64,000 nt of DNA, from positions 70,255-134,254 of the forward strand of contig JBDRQT010000005.1 in assembly GCA_043826135.1 (NCBI GenBank). Direction: 5' to 3'. A model generated the notes under the pieces. It ran no database searches and was not told where the DNA came from. It worked only from the letters and a program-made list of their open reading frames with translations. The stretch is from an archaeon. Lineage in GTDB: Archaea > Nanobdellota > Nanobdellia > Woesearchaeales > GW2011-AR15. Every line of letters starts with the position of its first letter. Position 1 is the first letter of the stretch. The translations under genes were made by a program, and so were the position numbers. This document shows positions 43,833 to 53,739 of the stretch, one piece after another.

Positions 43833-44495
43833 TTAGAGAATCTTTAGCATCTCGAAAGTGAGCCTTTCTGATGCTTTCAATAATTCAATCGAATCACGTC
43901 CCTGAACAATTATGCAGCCGTTGTTATTATATATCGCTGTGGTGTTTCCGAGTCTCAGATCAATCACCCTGACTGTGTTTGAAATGTTCTCGCATGTTAC
44001 AACTAGAGCACCGGTTTTTCCAGGTCTTGTAATTGTTGCTTTTACTTCTTTTTGGTAAATCTGTCCAAGAACCTTGGCAATCTCCACTCCGCCAAGGATG
44101 ACGCTTGCAGGATATTCAGGATCAGTTGTGATGTAGATAAGATTTGACTGCATGAAAAGAGCTGTAGTCACAGTATCATTTCTTGAGTTCTTTATCGTCG
44201 GAATATCTTCCACATCAGCAGGTGTGAAATGAAAATATACTTCATATTCTTTATATTTCCCTGATAATTTATCGCCAACTCTAAGAAGAGTAGTCCAAAC
44301 ATCTCCATGTTTCTCAAAAACAAATCCATTGTAGTTCAGTGTTTCAATTTTTTCAGAGGGACTTGCGCTTGTTGCTACAAAGTACATGATTACACCAAAT
44401 ATTGCAACAATACCGACAATTGCACTTACCAGTATCATATCTTGCTTTGAGTCTTCGTTCTTTTTTGGTGTTTTTGACTTTGTCTGTTTTCTCAT
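43833..44495 (-). CDS. Membrane-anchored extracytoplasmic protein (hypothetical), paralog of 44492-45106
   Basis: N-terminal basic stretch plus TM (MILVSAIVGIVAIFGVIMYFV). The C-terminal block VRVIDLRLGNTTAIYNNNGCIIVQG parallels VPVINLKSTNSTTSITSDNGCVNIE in the neighbour. Confidence 0.55.
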   Translation of the reverse strand: MRKQTKSKTPKKNEDSKQDMILVSAIVGIVAIFGVIMYFVATSASPSEKIETLNYNGFVFEKHGDVWTTLLRVGDKLSGKYKEYEVYFHFTPADVEDIPTIKNSRNDTVTTALFMQSNLIYITTDPEYPASVILGGVEIAKVLGQIYQKEVKATITRPGKTGALVVTCENISNTVRVIDLRLGNTTAIYNNNGCIIVQGRDSIELLKASERLTFEMLKIL

Positions 44496-45106
44496 TTTAC
44501 CTCGATATTATTTACTAGATATACAAGTGTATCTCTTATCCTTAGAGCAGACAGCTTACTGAATTCAATATTTACGCATCCATTATCGCTAGTGATAGAT
44601 GTAGTGGAATTCGTGCTTTTCAGATTGATCACAGGAACAGTTCTTGTCGCATTCCTGCAGTCAATTATTGGAAGGTTATATGTGAGGCTGGAATTGGTAA
44701 TGGAATCTATAAAGAATTTCTCTGAGGGTATGTTTTTCCTCAGGTCGAATCTCAGATAATCAATGAATGATAATTCTGATGAATCAGGATCAAAGGTCAG
44801 GTAAAAGTAGGGACTGCTCCTGATCAGATTCTTTGTTTGATTATCTATGTTAATACCTATTGTATCCGGAAGGAAATATCCCAGGAATTTCCTGTCTTTT
44901 GAACTGATCTCAAAATAGTAATTGCCTTTTGAATCAGCCATCCTGGTGAACTTCATTTTTCCTCCAGGTGTATCATATGTGAAAGAATTATCTTCATCAT
45001 TGTTCCTATATAAGACGACGCTTGCGATGCTTGATACCAGGAATATCACCAGAACAACTACTAGGAAAAACTTTGAGTTGGAATCATTTTTCTTCTTTTT
45101 TGCCAT
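44492..45106 (-). CDS. Membrane-anchored extracytoplasmic protein (hypothetical), paralog of 43833-44495
   Basis: MAKKKKNDSNSKFFLVVVLVIFLVSSIASVVLY signal anchor. Shares a 4-nt overlap with the downstream paralog. Confidence 0.55.
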   Translation of the reverse strand: MAKKKKNDSNSKFFLVVVLVIFLVSSIASVVLYRNNDEDNSFTYDTPGGKMKFTRMADSKGNYYFEISSKDRKFLGYFLPDTIGINIDNQTKNLIRSSPYFYLTFDPDSSELSFIDYLRFDLRKNIPSEKFFIDSITNSSLTYNLPIIDCRNATRTVPVINLKSTNSTTSITSDNGCVNIEFSKLSALRIRDTLVYLVNNIEVK

Positions 45107-45190
45107 GTTACTCTGAAAAATGCCAGGTAATTTAAAAAGATTGTGAATGCCAGAGCAATTTTTTTATATACCTTTTTTTTACGGATAGAT

Positions 45191-46501
45191 ATGACAGACT
45201 TCATCACAATCGAGCAGGCATTAAAACAAGGTAATGGCAAGGTAGCAATCAGGGGCTGGGTTTATAGGATCAGAAGCTCAAATAAGTTTGTGTTCATTGT
45301 CATGAGAGATGAATCAGACATTTTGCAGTGCGTTGTGAAGCAGGAAACTACTCCTGAACTCTTTGAGCATGCGAAAACTCTTCTTGTGGAATCCTCAGTT
45401 AAAATATCAGGCGAGATAAGAAAGGATGACAGGGCTCCGACCGGGTATGAGCTTCAAGTTGAGGAAATGGAAATTGTTCAGGTATCAGAGCCATTTCCGA
45501 TAACAAAGGATTTCTCGCCAGAATATTTGCTTGACAACCGGCATTTGTGGATAAGAAGCAGGAAGATGAACGCAATCTTCAAGATAAGGCACACAATAAT
45601 TGGCGCTATCCATGAATTTTTCAGAACTAAGGGATTTTATGAATTTGAAGCTCCAATATTCCAACCCAATGCCTGCGAAGGAGGGTCAACATTGTTTGAG
45701 GTGAAATTCTTCAGCGATAAGGTATATCTTAGCCAATCATGGCAACTATACGCTGAGGCAGCAGTGTTTTCCCTTGGGAAGATATATAATATGAGCCCAA
45801 CATTCAGGTCTGAAAAAAGCAAGACATCAAGGCATCTTGCAGAATTCTGGATGGCGGAGATGGAGGCTGCATGGATGGAACTTAGTGATGCTGTCCAGGT
45901 TGGAAAAGATGAGATAAGATTCATTGTAAAAAAAGTACTTGAAACTAATGAGAAAGAGCTAAAACTTCTGGAGAGAGATATTGAAAAACTCAAAGTATAT
46001 GCAGAAAAGGAATATCCGACATTGACATATACAGAGGTCCTGAAGCTACTAAAGGAAAAATGCAATATGGATGTTGAATGGGGCAAGGATTTAAGGACAG
46101 TTGAGGAAGAAGAAGTGATGAAACTCTTTGATACACCTATTGCAGTGATTGATTATCCAAAAGAGATTATGGCTTTCTACAAGAAAAGAAGATTACCAAA
46201 ACCAAAAGACACGCCAGGAGATGTTGCTCTTTGCTTTGATATGCTTGCACCTGAAGGATATGGAGAGATAATAGGTGGAAGCGAGAGAGATACAGATATA
46301 GGTGAACTCAAGAAATATCTTGCAATTCAGGGCGAAAAACCAGAGAATTATGAATGGTATCTTGACCTGAGAAAATATGGGAGTGTCCCCCATTCCGGAT
46401 ATGGTATGGGAGTTGAGAGAGTTGTTGCATGGCTCTGCGGCCTTGACAATATCAAAGATGCGATACCATTTCCGAGGACAATGCTAAGGAAATCACCTTG
46501 A
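45191..46501 (+). CDS. asnS: Asparaginyl-tRNA synthetase
   Basis: Class IIb OB N-terminus (VAIRGWVYRIRSSNKFVFIVMRD), motif 2 region SPTFRSEKSKTSRHLAEFWMAEMEAAW (AsnRS-type) and motif 3 GYGMGVERVVAWL. ATG at 45191 (MTDFITIEQ). Confidence 0.85.
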   Translation: MTDFITIEQALKQGNGKVAIRGWVYRIRSSNKFVFIVMRDESDILQCVVKQETTPELFEHAKTLLVESSVKISGEIRKDDRAPTGYELQVEEMEIVQVSEPFPITKDFSPEYLLDNRHLWIRSRKMNAIFKIRHTIIGAIHEFFRTKGFYEFEAPIFQPNACEGGSTLFEVKFFSDKVYLSQSWQLYAEAAVFSLGKIYNMSPTFRSEKSKTSRHLAEFWMAEMEAAWMELSDAVQVGKDEIRFIVKKVLETNEKELKLLERDIEKLKVYAEKEYPTLTYTEVLKLLKEKCNMDVEWGKDLRTVEEEEVMKLFDTPIAVIDYPKEIMAFYKKRRLPKPKDTPGDVALCFDMLAPEGYGEIIGGSERDTDIGELKKYLAIQGEKPENYEWYLDLRKYGSVPHSGYGMGVERVVAWLCGLDNIKDAIPFPRTMLRKSP

Positions 46502-46507
46502 TTTACG

Positions 46508-47092
46508 ATGACATCTCATGATACCTTAGACAAACTATGGTTAAATCTTTCTCAAGGAAGTGTAAGGTTTGTTCAAGTTGCGAGGGATAATCCAGATATA
46601 ACAATATCTGCTGTAGTAGGTGGTCTTTTCTTTGGTATAAGGAGTTTTAAGCCTGAATGGACACTTTTTCCAGATGTTATCAATCATCTGACAGTGCCAA
46701 TAGCTGCAACATATTTTTCCGCAGCTGTGGCATATAAGACATTATCTCCTGCTCTTGAGTATTCCATTGAAGGCCAGGGAAAGTTTTATCAGGCAATCGC
46801 TCGTACAAGTTTGTTATTTGAATGTGCACTTTTGGGATATTTTACTACAACTTTGCTTGGAGAAGGAGTTGAGTTTGCGCAGGATCTAGGAATCATTCGA
46901 AGGCCTGAAGAAATAACAAATGGAGTCTATCAATTCACAAGCAATCTGAATATTGTCAAATATATCGTCAATCTTTTTTCCATGTATACTGATGATAAAC
47001 TTGCTGATTTGGCAGTAAATGATGTTGGCGGCAAGATAGGGGCAGTCCTGTTTGGGGTCAGGTATGCTTTTGTAAGAAATAAGGTTGAATAG
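46508..47092 (+). CDS. Hypothetical membrane protein
   Basis: 194-aa ORF with several hydrophobic helices, 6 nt after asnS. No recognisable motif. Confidence 0.45.
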   Translation: MTSHDTLDKLWLNLSQGSVRFVQVARDNPDITISAVVGGLFFGIRSFKPEWTLFPDVINHLTVPIAATYFSAAVAYKTLSPALEYSIEGQGKFYQAIARTSLLFECALLGYFTTTLLGEGVEFAQDLGIIRRPEEITNGVYQFTSNLNIVKYIVNLFSMYTDDKLADLAVNDVGGKIGAVLFGVRYAFVRNKVE

Positions 47093-47137
47093 CTACCAAC
47101 CATAAACTATTTATTCCCCTTTCCTAAACAATATATA

Positions 47138-48541
47138 ATGCGAAAAGCACAGCTGTCTGTTTTTGTAATTTTTGGACTATTAATTATGCTCGCAATCCTT
47201 ATCTTTCTTAGTAATCCACCTAAGATTCAAAGCTCTGTGATTGAATTCTCTACTGAACTTGGCAGGCTCGGTCCATATTTCAGGGAATGCTGCAAGCTCT
47301 CGATGCTGGACGCTAATTCAAGATATGGGCTCCATTCTTCCACAAAGGACGATTATGAGCCATATCTGATCGCAAAGGTTGATGATTGCATGTCTCCATT
47401 TCTTCAGGATATTGCTGTCAGGGGGATGGATGTCGAAAGGGTGGATACTCCGTCTGCACTGCTTGAGATAAATGACCTTAATGCGATCGTGACCATAAAA
47501 TATCCTGTGAAGGTTTCCACAAAATCCGACTCTTACATATTTCCTGATTATGTCCAGAAATTCGAGAGAGTTACCATTATTGATGAAAAGAACATCAATA
47601 ATGCAGTCTCAGCAGATACAAATTTTATTTTGTCAGCACCAGACGGGATAAGAATTTATGGACCTTACGACGAGGAATTTGCTAATCTTTACATTAAAGT
47701 GTCAGACAAGAGAGAGATTGGATGCGATGAACTTCTCGGAAATCTGGTATATGGTGTTTATCCTTTGGGCTATTATTCAGATGAACCTATAACAATCAAG
47801 CTCGATATAGATAAGATAGCGCCCTGGCTTACAGACAGGGACAAATTAAGGATAGCTTGGCAGGATCCGGATTCAAAGAAATGCACTTTCCTCGAGAATA
47901 GCAAATATAAAGATGGAATGCTCCAGGCTGATACAAAGTATATCACTTTCTTCGGGATTGGCAAGCCCTCAGTTTCCACATCAGGATATCCCTATCAATC
48001 TACAGGAGAAGGAACATCCGGTTCATTCAACACACCGGCAGGTGATTTTGAGCCTGTTCAAGGGACCGCGCAGGTAATATATGACGGAATAAAAGCAGAG
48101 ATGGGCGGTACATATTCTCTTTTTAAGAATAATGAATGCGTGCCTCCCGGAGCATATTGTTTTACCGGCTGGTCTGCAAGATGCCCAAACGGAGAAGCGG
48201 CAATATATTGCAATGATGCAATCTACAGCATTGATGAAGGTGCACTCAATACTTTGTTCCGGCATGAGATAACGCATAATCTGCAGCAGAATAATAAGTG
48301 CGCTTTTGATACAGCAAAATCCGAATGGGGTGCTGAATATTATTCCGGAAGCAATTACTATAATTTCGCGATAACATCTCCAACGATAACAAGGTCAGGG
48401 ATGTCTGCCGCAGAAGTCGGCACAGAATTAGAAAAAGCAGGATGCATAAAGTCTGAACTCCTCGATGCTGCTTTTTGCAAAGGCGGAAATATCGGGTCAT
48501 ATACGCAAAAATGTGATGTCGAGATTACAGGTTACAGTTAG
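47138..48541 (+). CDS. Short (467 aa) member of the giant-protein family: pilin-like N-terminus, shared N-module, and a C-terminal HExxH (putative Zn-metallopeptidase) region
   Basis: MRKAQLSVFVIFGLLIMLAILIF; YFRECCKLSMLDANSRYGLH; LLEINDLNAIVTIKYPV; LRIAWQD...DTKYITFFG. HEITH at nt 48263-48277 lies in LNTLFRHEITHNLQQ. Confidence 0.75.
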   Translation: MRKAQLSVFVIFGLLIMLAILIFLSNPPKIQSSVIEFSTELGRLGPYFRECCKLSMLDANSRYGLHSSTKDDYEPYLIAKVDDCMSPFLQDIAVRGMDVERVDTPSALLEINDLNAIVTIKYPVKVSTKSDSYIFPDYVQKFERVTIIDEKNINNAVSADTNFILSAPDGIRIYGPYDEEFANLYIKVSDKREIGCDELLGNLVYGVYPLGYYSDEPITIKLDIDKIAPWLTDRDKLRIAWQDPDSKKCTFLENSKYKDGMLQADTKYITFFGIGKPSVSTSGYPYQSTGEGTSGSFNTPAGDFEPVQGTAQVIYDGIKAEMGGTYSLFKNNECVPPGAYCFTGWSARCPNGEAAIYCNDAIYSIDEGALNTLFRHEITHNLQQNNKCAFDTAKSEWGAEYYSGSNYYNFAITSPTITRSGMSAAEVGTELEKAGCIKSELLDAAFCKGGNIGSYTQKCDVEITGYS

Positions 48542-49836
48542 TAAAGAAACATCTCAGGAAGCAGTCTGTCAGAAAACTCTCCTCTATAATTTGTTAGCAT
48601 CATCTCTTTTATTTTTTCATATTTTTCTGTCTGGCCAAGTACCCATCCGAGTTTAATATATGCTGTCTCCGGATGCATATCTTTTACATAGATACCATGG
48701 CCTGTTATTGACACCCTTCGCAGATTGGAATAAACATAAGGATCGACTCTGCCATATAATGTTTGAGATGTGATTATTACTGGAATTTTTCTGGCGTAGA
48801 ACTTCTCGAGATATGGAATCAGTGATTTGCTGGTCCATGTATTCACATGGCCCAGGGCTGTAGCTGCAATAACTATTCCTTTCATACCTTTTTTAAGGTA
48901 ATAATCCATAATATCAGGTTCCTGTCCGGGATACACGTAAAATAGGGCAACTTTATCATTAAAATATGGTGCTAATTTTATCTTATCTCTTTTTTTCCTA
49001 TCCACCTTCTTATAATTATTGTCAATAATTTCAAAATCTTTATTTGGATATACCTTGGCAAAAGGAAGAGCATTTATTGGCCTAAATGCATTTCTTTGTG
49101 ATGTGTGCATTTTCCTCACTTTTGTTCCCTTAATTAATAGACAGTATTCATCATCAGAGCTGCCGTGCATGCAGCTCATAACTTCTGCACCGTTAAATCG
49201 AGCAGCAGAGTTTATTGCACACACCAAGTTCATGAAGGCATCTGAGCTTCCTCTATCTATTGATCTCTGAGCACCAGTAAACACAATAGGAATATTTATC
49301 TCCTCTAGCATGAACGACAATGCTGCTGTTATATAATGGAAAGTATCAGTGCCCTGCGTTACAACAATTCCGTCAACCCCTTTTTTGACTTCCTGTTCTA
49401 TAACTTTTGCAATAGCAATCCAATCTTTTGGCAGGATGTCTTCAGTCATCAAGGACATCACTTTTTTTGCATTTATGTTTGCTATATTCTTTAATTCAGG
49501 CATCATCTCCATGAAATCCTTAGCAGTATAATTTGCAATTACACCACCTGTAGTATAATCAATCTTGGATGATATTGTTCCGCCAGTTGATAAAACAGAA
49601 ACAGTAGGGAGTCCGGATTTTAATTCAGTTTTTTCCTCTCTCACTTCTTTTTGCTTGTATTTTTTGATGACTTCGATTGTTTTTATCTTGGATTTCTCTA
49701 TCCCAATATTATATCCATTATCAAGTTTCAGGATAAGCGTGTCTTTTCCAGTCAGTTCAAGCGAGGGCATAAGCACACCTTCATAGCTTTCTTTTGATAA
49801 GGATATTCTTATCCTGTCTCCAGAGGAATGTTCCAT
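48538..49836 (-). CDS. gatD: Glu-tRNA(Gln) amidotransferase subunit D (GatD)
   Basis: Asparaginase-type motifs VLSTGGTISS and VVTQGTDTFHY after an N-terminal GatD-specific domain. Length 432 aa. Confidence 0.85.
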   Translation of the reverse strand: MEHSSGDRIRISLSKESYEGVLMPSLELTGKDTLILKLDNGYNIGIEKSKIKTIEVIKKYKQKEVREEKTELKSGLPTVSVLSTGGTISSKIDYTTGGVIANYTAKDFMEMMPELKNIANINAKKVMSLMTEDILPKDWIAIAKVIEQEVKKGVDGIVVTQGTDTFHYITAALSFMLEEINIPIVFTGAQRSIDRGSSDAFMNLVCAINSAARFNGAEVMSCMHGSSDDEYCLLIKGTKVRKMHTSQRNAFRPINALPFAKVYPNKDFEIIDNNYKKVDRKKRDKIKLAPYFNDKVALFYVYPGQEPDIMDYYLKKGMKGIVIAATALGHVNTWTSKSLIPYLEKFYARKIPVIITSQTLYGRVDPYVYSNLRRVSITGHGIYVKDMHPETAYIKLGWVLGQTEKYEKIKEMMLTNYRGEFSDRLLPEMFLY

Positions 49837-50107
49837 AGAAATAAAAAATGAGAGTTCGTTTAATAAGTTTATTCCTTTTTGAGTCTAATACTCCGCAGCT
49901 TTGCTGTGGCATGAATGCAAAAAGGAATATGTCAAAAATTAAGATTTTTGATCACACAAAAAATTCAATTGAATTTTTTAGTGTTTGAAAATGTCTTTAT
50001 GAATCAATTCTCAAATACCTACTTAGCTTAGCTTATAGGATGATAAATTTTAAGACATTTTCATTTTATTGATAATTTTATAAATCCTGCAAATATTTCA
50101 CGTATTT

Positions 50108-51244
50108 ATGGAAAACTTCATTTACGAGTGCAAAACAAAAATTATTTTTGGAAGGAACACCGAAACACAGGTTGGAGAAGAGACAAAAAAGTTCGGCAGA
50201 AAAATACTTCTTCTTTACGGCAGCGGAAGCATCAAAAAGAATGGTCTTTATGGCAGGGTAATTGATTCTCTGAAGAATGCAGGACTGGTAACCTTTGAGC
50301 TTGGGGGGGTTATCCCCAATCCAACAATGGGACTAGTGTATGACGGAATAAAATTATGCAGGGGAAAAAACATTGATTTCATCCTTGCAGTTGGCGGGGG
50401 AAGCGTAATCGACTCAGCAAAAGCCATTGCATGCGGATTTTATTATGAAGGGGACGCATGGGACTTTTTTTCAAAACAGGTAGAGATCACAAAAGCTCTT
50501 CCTATAGGGACAATACTGACAATCCCTGCAGCAGGTAGCGAAGCCTCCCCAAATTCAGTGATTACACACAGCGGCAGGAAACTTGCAATAGGAAGCGACA
50601 TCCTTAGGCCTGTGTTTTCTATCCTCAATCCTGAGCTCAATTTCACGCTCCCCATGGAGCAGACAATTGCTGGCATTGCAGATATGTATGCGCATATTGT
50701 GGAGAGATATTTCACAAACACAGGACATGTTGACTTAACTGATAAACTCTGTGAGGCCACGATGAGATCCATAATTAAAAATGCAAGAATATTAGTTAAG
50801 AACCCAAATGACTATGATGCAAGAGCAGAGATACTGTGGGCAAGCACTATCGCCCACTGCGGCATCCTTGGGACCGGAAGGGAGGAGGATTGGGCATCGC
50901 ATAGGATTGAGCATGAGCTTAGCGCGCTATACAATATAACTCACGGTACTGGTCTAGCAATTATTGTTCCAGCATGGATGGAGTTTGTTTGCAAGCATGA
51001 CCGGGTGAGATTCAATCAATATGCAAAAGAAGTATTTAATGAGGATACGGCAGAAGAAGGCATAAACTCAACAGCTGGTTTTTTTAGGGAGATAGGTCTT
51101 CCAGCCACTCTTAAAGAAATTAGTATTGGGCACACTGATTTTGAAAAGATGGCAGAGTTAGCGACGCAAAATGGAGAGCTGGGAAGTTTTGTCAAACTTG
51201 GAAAAAATGATGTGGTTGAAATATACAGAAAAGCTGAGAAATAG
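50108..51244 (+). CDS. Iron-containing (group III) alcohol dehydrogenase
   Basis: AVGGGSVIDSAKAIA NAD(P)/Fe-ADH motif, plus metal-binding His region DWASHRIEHELSALYNITHG. Confidence 0.85.
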   Translation: MENFIYECKTKIIFGRNTETQVGEETKKFGRKILLLYGSGSIKKNGLYGRVIDSLKNAGLVTFELGGVIPNPTMGLVYDGIKLCRGKNIDFILAVGGGSVIDSAKAIACGFYYEGDAWDFFSKQVEITKALPIGTILTIPAAGSEASPNSVITHSGRKLAIGSDILRPVFSILNPELNFTLPMEQTIAGIADMYAHIVERYFTNTGHVDLTDKLCEATMRSIIKNARILVKNPNDYDARAEILWASTIAHCGILGTGREEDWASHRIEHELSALYNITHGTGLAIIVPAWMEFVCKHDRVRFNQYAKEVFNEDTAEEGINSTAGFFREIGLPATLKEISIGHTDFEKMAELATQNGELGSFVKLGKNDVVEIYRKAEK

Positions 51245-51295
51245 GCTATAACACATCGAAAATTATATAAAACGACGAGCCATATTCTCTGTAGG

Positions 51296-51811
51296 ATGAA
51301 AAAAAGGGGGCAGGTTTCAGTAGAGTATATACTTATTGTCGCGATTGCAATGATGATAATTCTTCCAGGGATTTTTTTGTTCAGGAACTATATCTTCGAA
51401 TCTAATGACCAAATCCTTGAATCAAGACTGACGGAAATATCGCTTAGCCTTCTTGGAAAAGCCAGAAAAATGTATTACTACGGCCCTCCTTCAAAATCTA
51501 CTCTGCAGCCGGACATGCCACCGCAGGTAGATAATTTTTATATACAGAGATTTGGCGACGAATATTTTCTTATCTTTGTCATCCTCACAAATAACGGAAG
51601 GCAGAATGTCGAATTTTCGTCAGAAGTTCCTATTGTTGTAGGAGAAAAAGACATTGTCTGCGATATTCCTTGCGAAGGAACATGTGAATGTTTTACAGCA
51701 AGGCATTATTCAGAAGGCCTGAAGAATCTTCAGGTGGAAGCATCTGATGATTGTCCAGCATCTCCATTCTGTGTTATCATTACAGAGATATCACCGGATT
51801 TGCCAGAATGA
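51296..51811 (+). CDS. Class III signal peptide (archaeal type IV pilin-like, DUF361-type) protein 1
   Basis: MKKRGQVSVEYILIVAIAMMIILPGIFLF shows R-G/Q cleavage-type motif, QxSxEY and a hydrophobic helix. First gene of a 5-gene coupled operon. Confidence 0.7.
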   Translation: MKKRGQVSVEYILIVAIAMMIILPGIFLFRNYIFESNDQILESRLTEISLSLLGKARKMYYYGPPSKSTLQPDMPPQVDNFYIQRFGDEYFLIFVILTNNGRQNVEFSSEVPIVVGEKDIVCDIPCEGTCECFTARHYSEGLKNLQVEASDDCPASPFCVIITEISPDLPE

Positions 51812-52365
51812 AAAATGCCCAGATCATAAGCATGGATTTTATCTTGACATTTGTGATATTCATGTTCGGCATGTCAATTTTTTTCTTCGCGCTAAATGAC
51901 AGCTACTTTGCAGTTTCTCCCGGTCTTGATGTTAGCGCTGATTTGGTCTTTTCAAAGCTGGAAAACATTTATGAACCTGAATATAGTTTCATAAGATCAT
52001 TTCATTTCGACAAAAATTTTATCTTTCTGCTTCTTACGAATTATAATGCCTCGAAAGCATATGAACTTTATTTCCAAGAATATGAAAATCCAGCATCTTT
52101 CTCAAAAATCGACTACTGTTTATTTTTGATGAATTCAACAAATGGGAGAAAAATAAATCTTAATTTTGCAGCATATAAAACAACCCGGGATAAATACGAA
52201 ATTATTATGGGAGATGATTCAAAGTGTGGTGATAATCCACAGCAGACTTATGTAGAGCTTCCTAAATGCCCAAAAGGTGTTGAATCAGTGATTGCATCAA
52301 AGCCAGTACTTTATGAAAAAGGGATACTCCAGTTAAATGTGCTTATGTGCGCGAAAAAAAACTAG
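51808..52365 (+). CDS. Pilin-like protein 2 (class III signal-like N-terminus)
   Basis: The ATG at 51808 overlaps the previous stop (ATGA). MKNAQIISMDFILTFVIFMFGMSIFFFAL. Confidence 0.6.
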   Translation: MKNAQIISMDFILTFVIFMFGMSIFFFALNDSYFAVSPGLDVSADLVFSKLENIYEPEYSFIRSFHFDKNFIFLLLTNYNASKAYELYFQEYENPASFSKIDYCLFLMNSTNGRKINLNFAAYKTTRDKYEIIMGDDSKCGDNPQQTYVELPKCPKGVESVIASKPVLYEKGILQLNVLMCAKKN

Positions 52366-52369
52366 AAAA

Positions 52370-52894
52370 ATGAAAAAAGGATATATCTTTTTGCTTGACG
52401 CCGTGTTCGCGATAATGATACTTACCGTTGGATTCATGATAATTTCTTCAAGCAAACCAAAACTGAGCGATGAACTCCCATTATCAACAATCTCTGAGAA
52501 TATCTTCGGGATAATGTCCTCTGTGAAGATAAATGAAATCTGCACAGGATGCGCTTGCTCCAGCCAAGTATTGTCTGATTACTGCAGCCATGGGAAAATC
52601 AAGAATCCGGATGAGACTCTGCTTGATTATATTGGCGAGATGCACAATGCAAGCATATCAGATGAAGAGATTAAAAATTTCTATCTTGACATCATCTCAA
52701 ATTTTGTTAGAGATGACCTCTATCACACAGACTTAATAATTGATGGGCACGTAGTATATCCGAACACAGGAAAGAATACCAGCCTTGAACTAATCTCCGG
52801 GAAAAGATTGGCATTTGGTTACAATGAAGACACACTGGCAGGAACTGTAAAATATTGGGGACCATACATTATAGAGGTGAATGTCTGGAAATGA
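52370..52894 (+). CDS. Pilin-like protein 3 (class III signal-like N-terminus)
   Basis: ATG at 52370, 4 nt after the previous stop. MKKGYIFLLDAVFAIMILTVGFMIISS. Confidence 0.6.
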   Translation: MKKGYIFLLDAVFAIMILTVGFMIISSSKPKLSDELPLSTISENIFGIMSSVKINEICTGCACSSQVLSDYCSHGKIKNPDETLLDYIGEMHNASISDEEIKNFYLDIISNFVRDDLYHTDLIIDGHVVYPNTGKNTSLELISGKRLAFGYNEDTLAGTVKYWGPYIIEVNVWK

Positions 52895-53739
52895 AAAAAG
52901 CAGTGTTCTTTTCGATTGTAAGTGTACTTATTGTAATTTTGTTTGGCAGTATGATCTCATTAATTTCCGATTTCAGTACAAAGCAAAGAGAAAATGATAT
53001 TGATGTCACAAGAACCAGAATTAAGGTGCTTAATTCACTTGTACAAGACATGAATGACAATTATTTTGAGAAACTCGTGCATGTGGCAGCGAAAAACGCT
53101 ATAGTAGGTCTTTCAGATTATTACCATGATGCGCCAGGAGGTCAGGACCGGATAAAAAAACCTCTTGCTGCAGCAGTCAGTGAAGTAATGGATGATGGAA
53201 TACTTGTCGAACCAATCTATGCAGGCTCAATAAAACATAATCTGACTCAACCCAACGGACTGGGAGAGTCATATATGAACAGGGAATACACACTAAATAA
53301 TCTCATTCAAGGACTTAAAAAAAAATATTCTAACTTGGGCATGAATATTAATGAACTCACAGTTACAGTTGGGACTGAAGGAATTACCCAAATCGATCCT
53401 TTTCATTTTGAAGTCGAAGCAGATATAGTTTATGATCTTAGTAGTAATGATATACTCACTCGTGCATTTTGGAGAGGAGTAGCTACAAAAAAAGTAATTG
53501 TCTCAGTCTACGGCGTTTATGCATACGATAGTCCATTAGACAGCGGGAAAGAGCATAAAAATAATCCTATAACCAGCGAATGGATCATAGATAATGGACC
53601 AAGGCCGACTGAGCCATCTCTACTGACCAAACTAAGCAAACAAAACCCTACAGAGCTTGATGAGGAAATTGGTTTGGGCATCTGTTCTCCTGATTTTGTC
53701 TATGGCGGAAAAACTTGTTTTGATGATGTGATAGCATGA
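52891..53739 (+). CDS. Pilin-like protein 4 (class III signal-like N-terminus)
   Basis: The ATG at 52891 overlaps the previous stop (ATGA). MKKAVFFSIVSVLIVILFGSMISLI. Confidence 0.55.
   Translation: MKKAVFFSIVSVLIVILFGSMISLISDFSTKQRENDIDVTRTRIKVLNSLVQDMNDNYFEKLVHVAAKNAIVGLSDYYHDAPGGQDRIKKPLAAAVSEVMDDGILVEPIYAGSIKHNLTQPNGLGESYMNREYTLNNLIQGLKKKYSNLGMNINELTVTVGTEGITQIDPFHFEVEADIVYDLSSNDILTRAFWRGVATKKVIVSVYGVYAYDSPLDSGKEHKNNPITSEWIIDNGPRPTEPSLLTKLSKQNPTELDEEIGLGICSPDFVYGGKTCFDDVIA

Noticed and set aside
45637-46086. 149-aa minus-strand ORF rich in Ser/Phe
   Set aside because: It is antisense to the well-supported asnS gene. Its low-complexity composition is typical of shadow frames.
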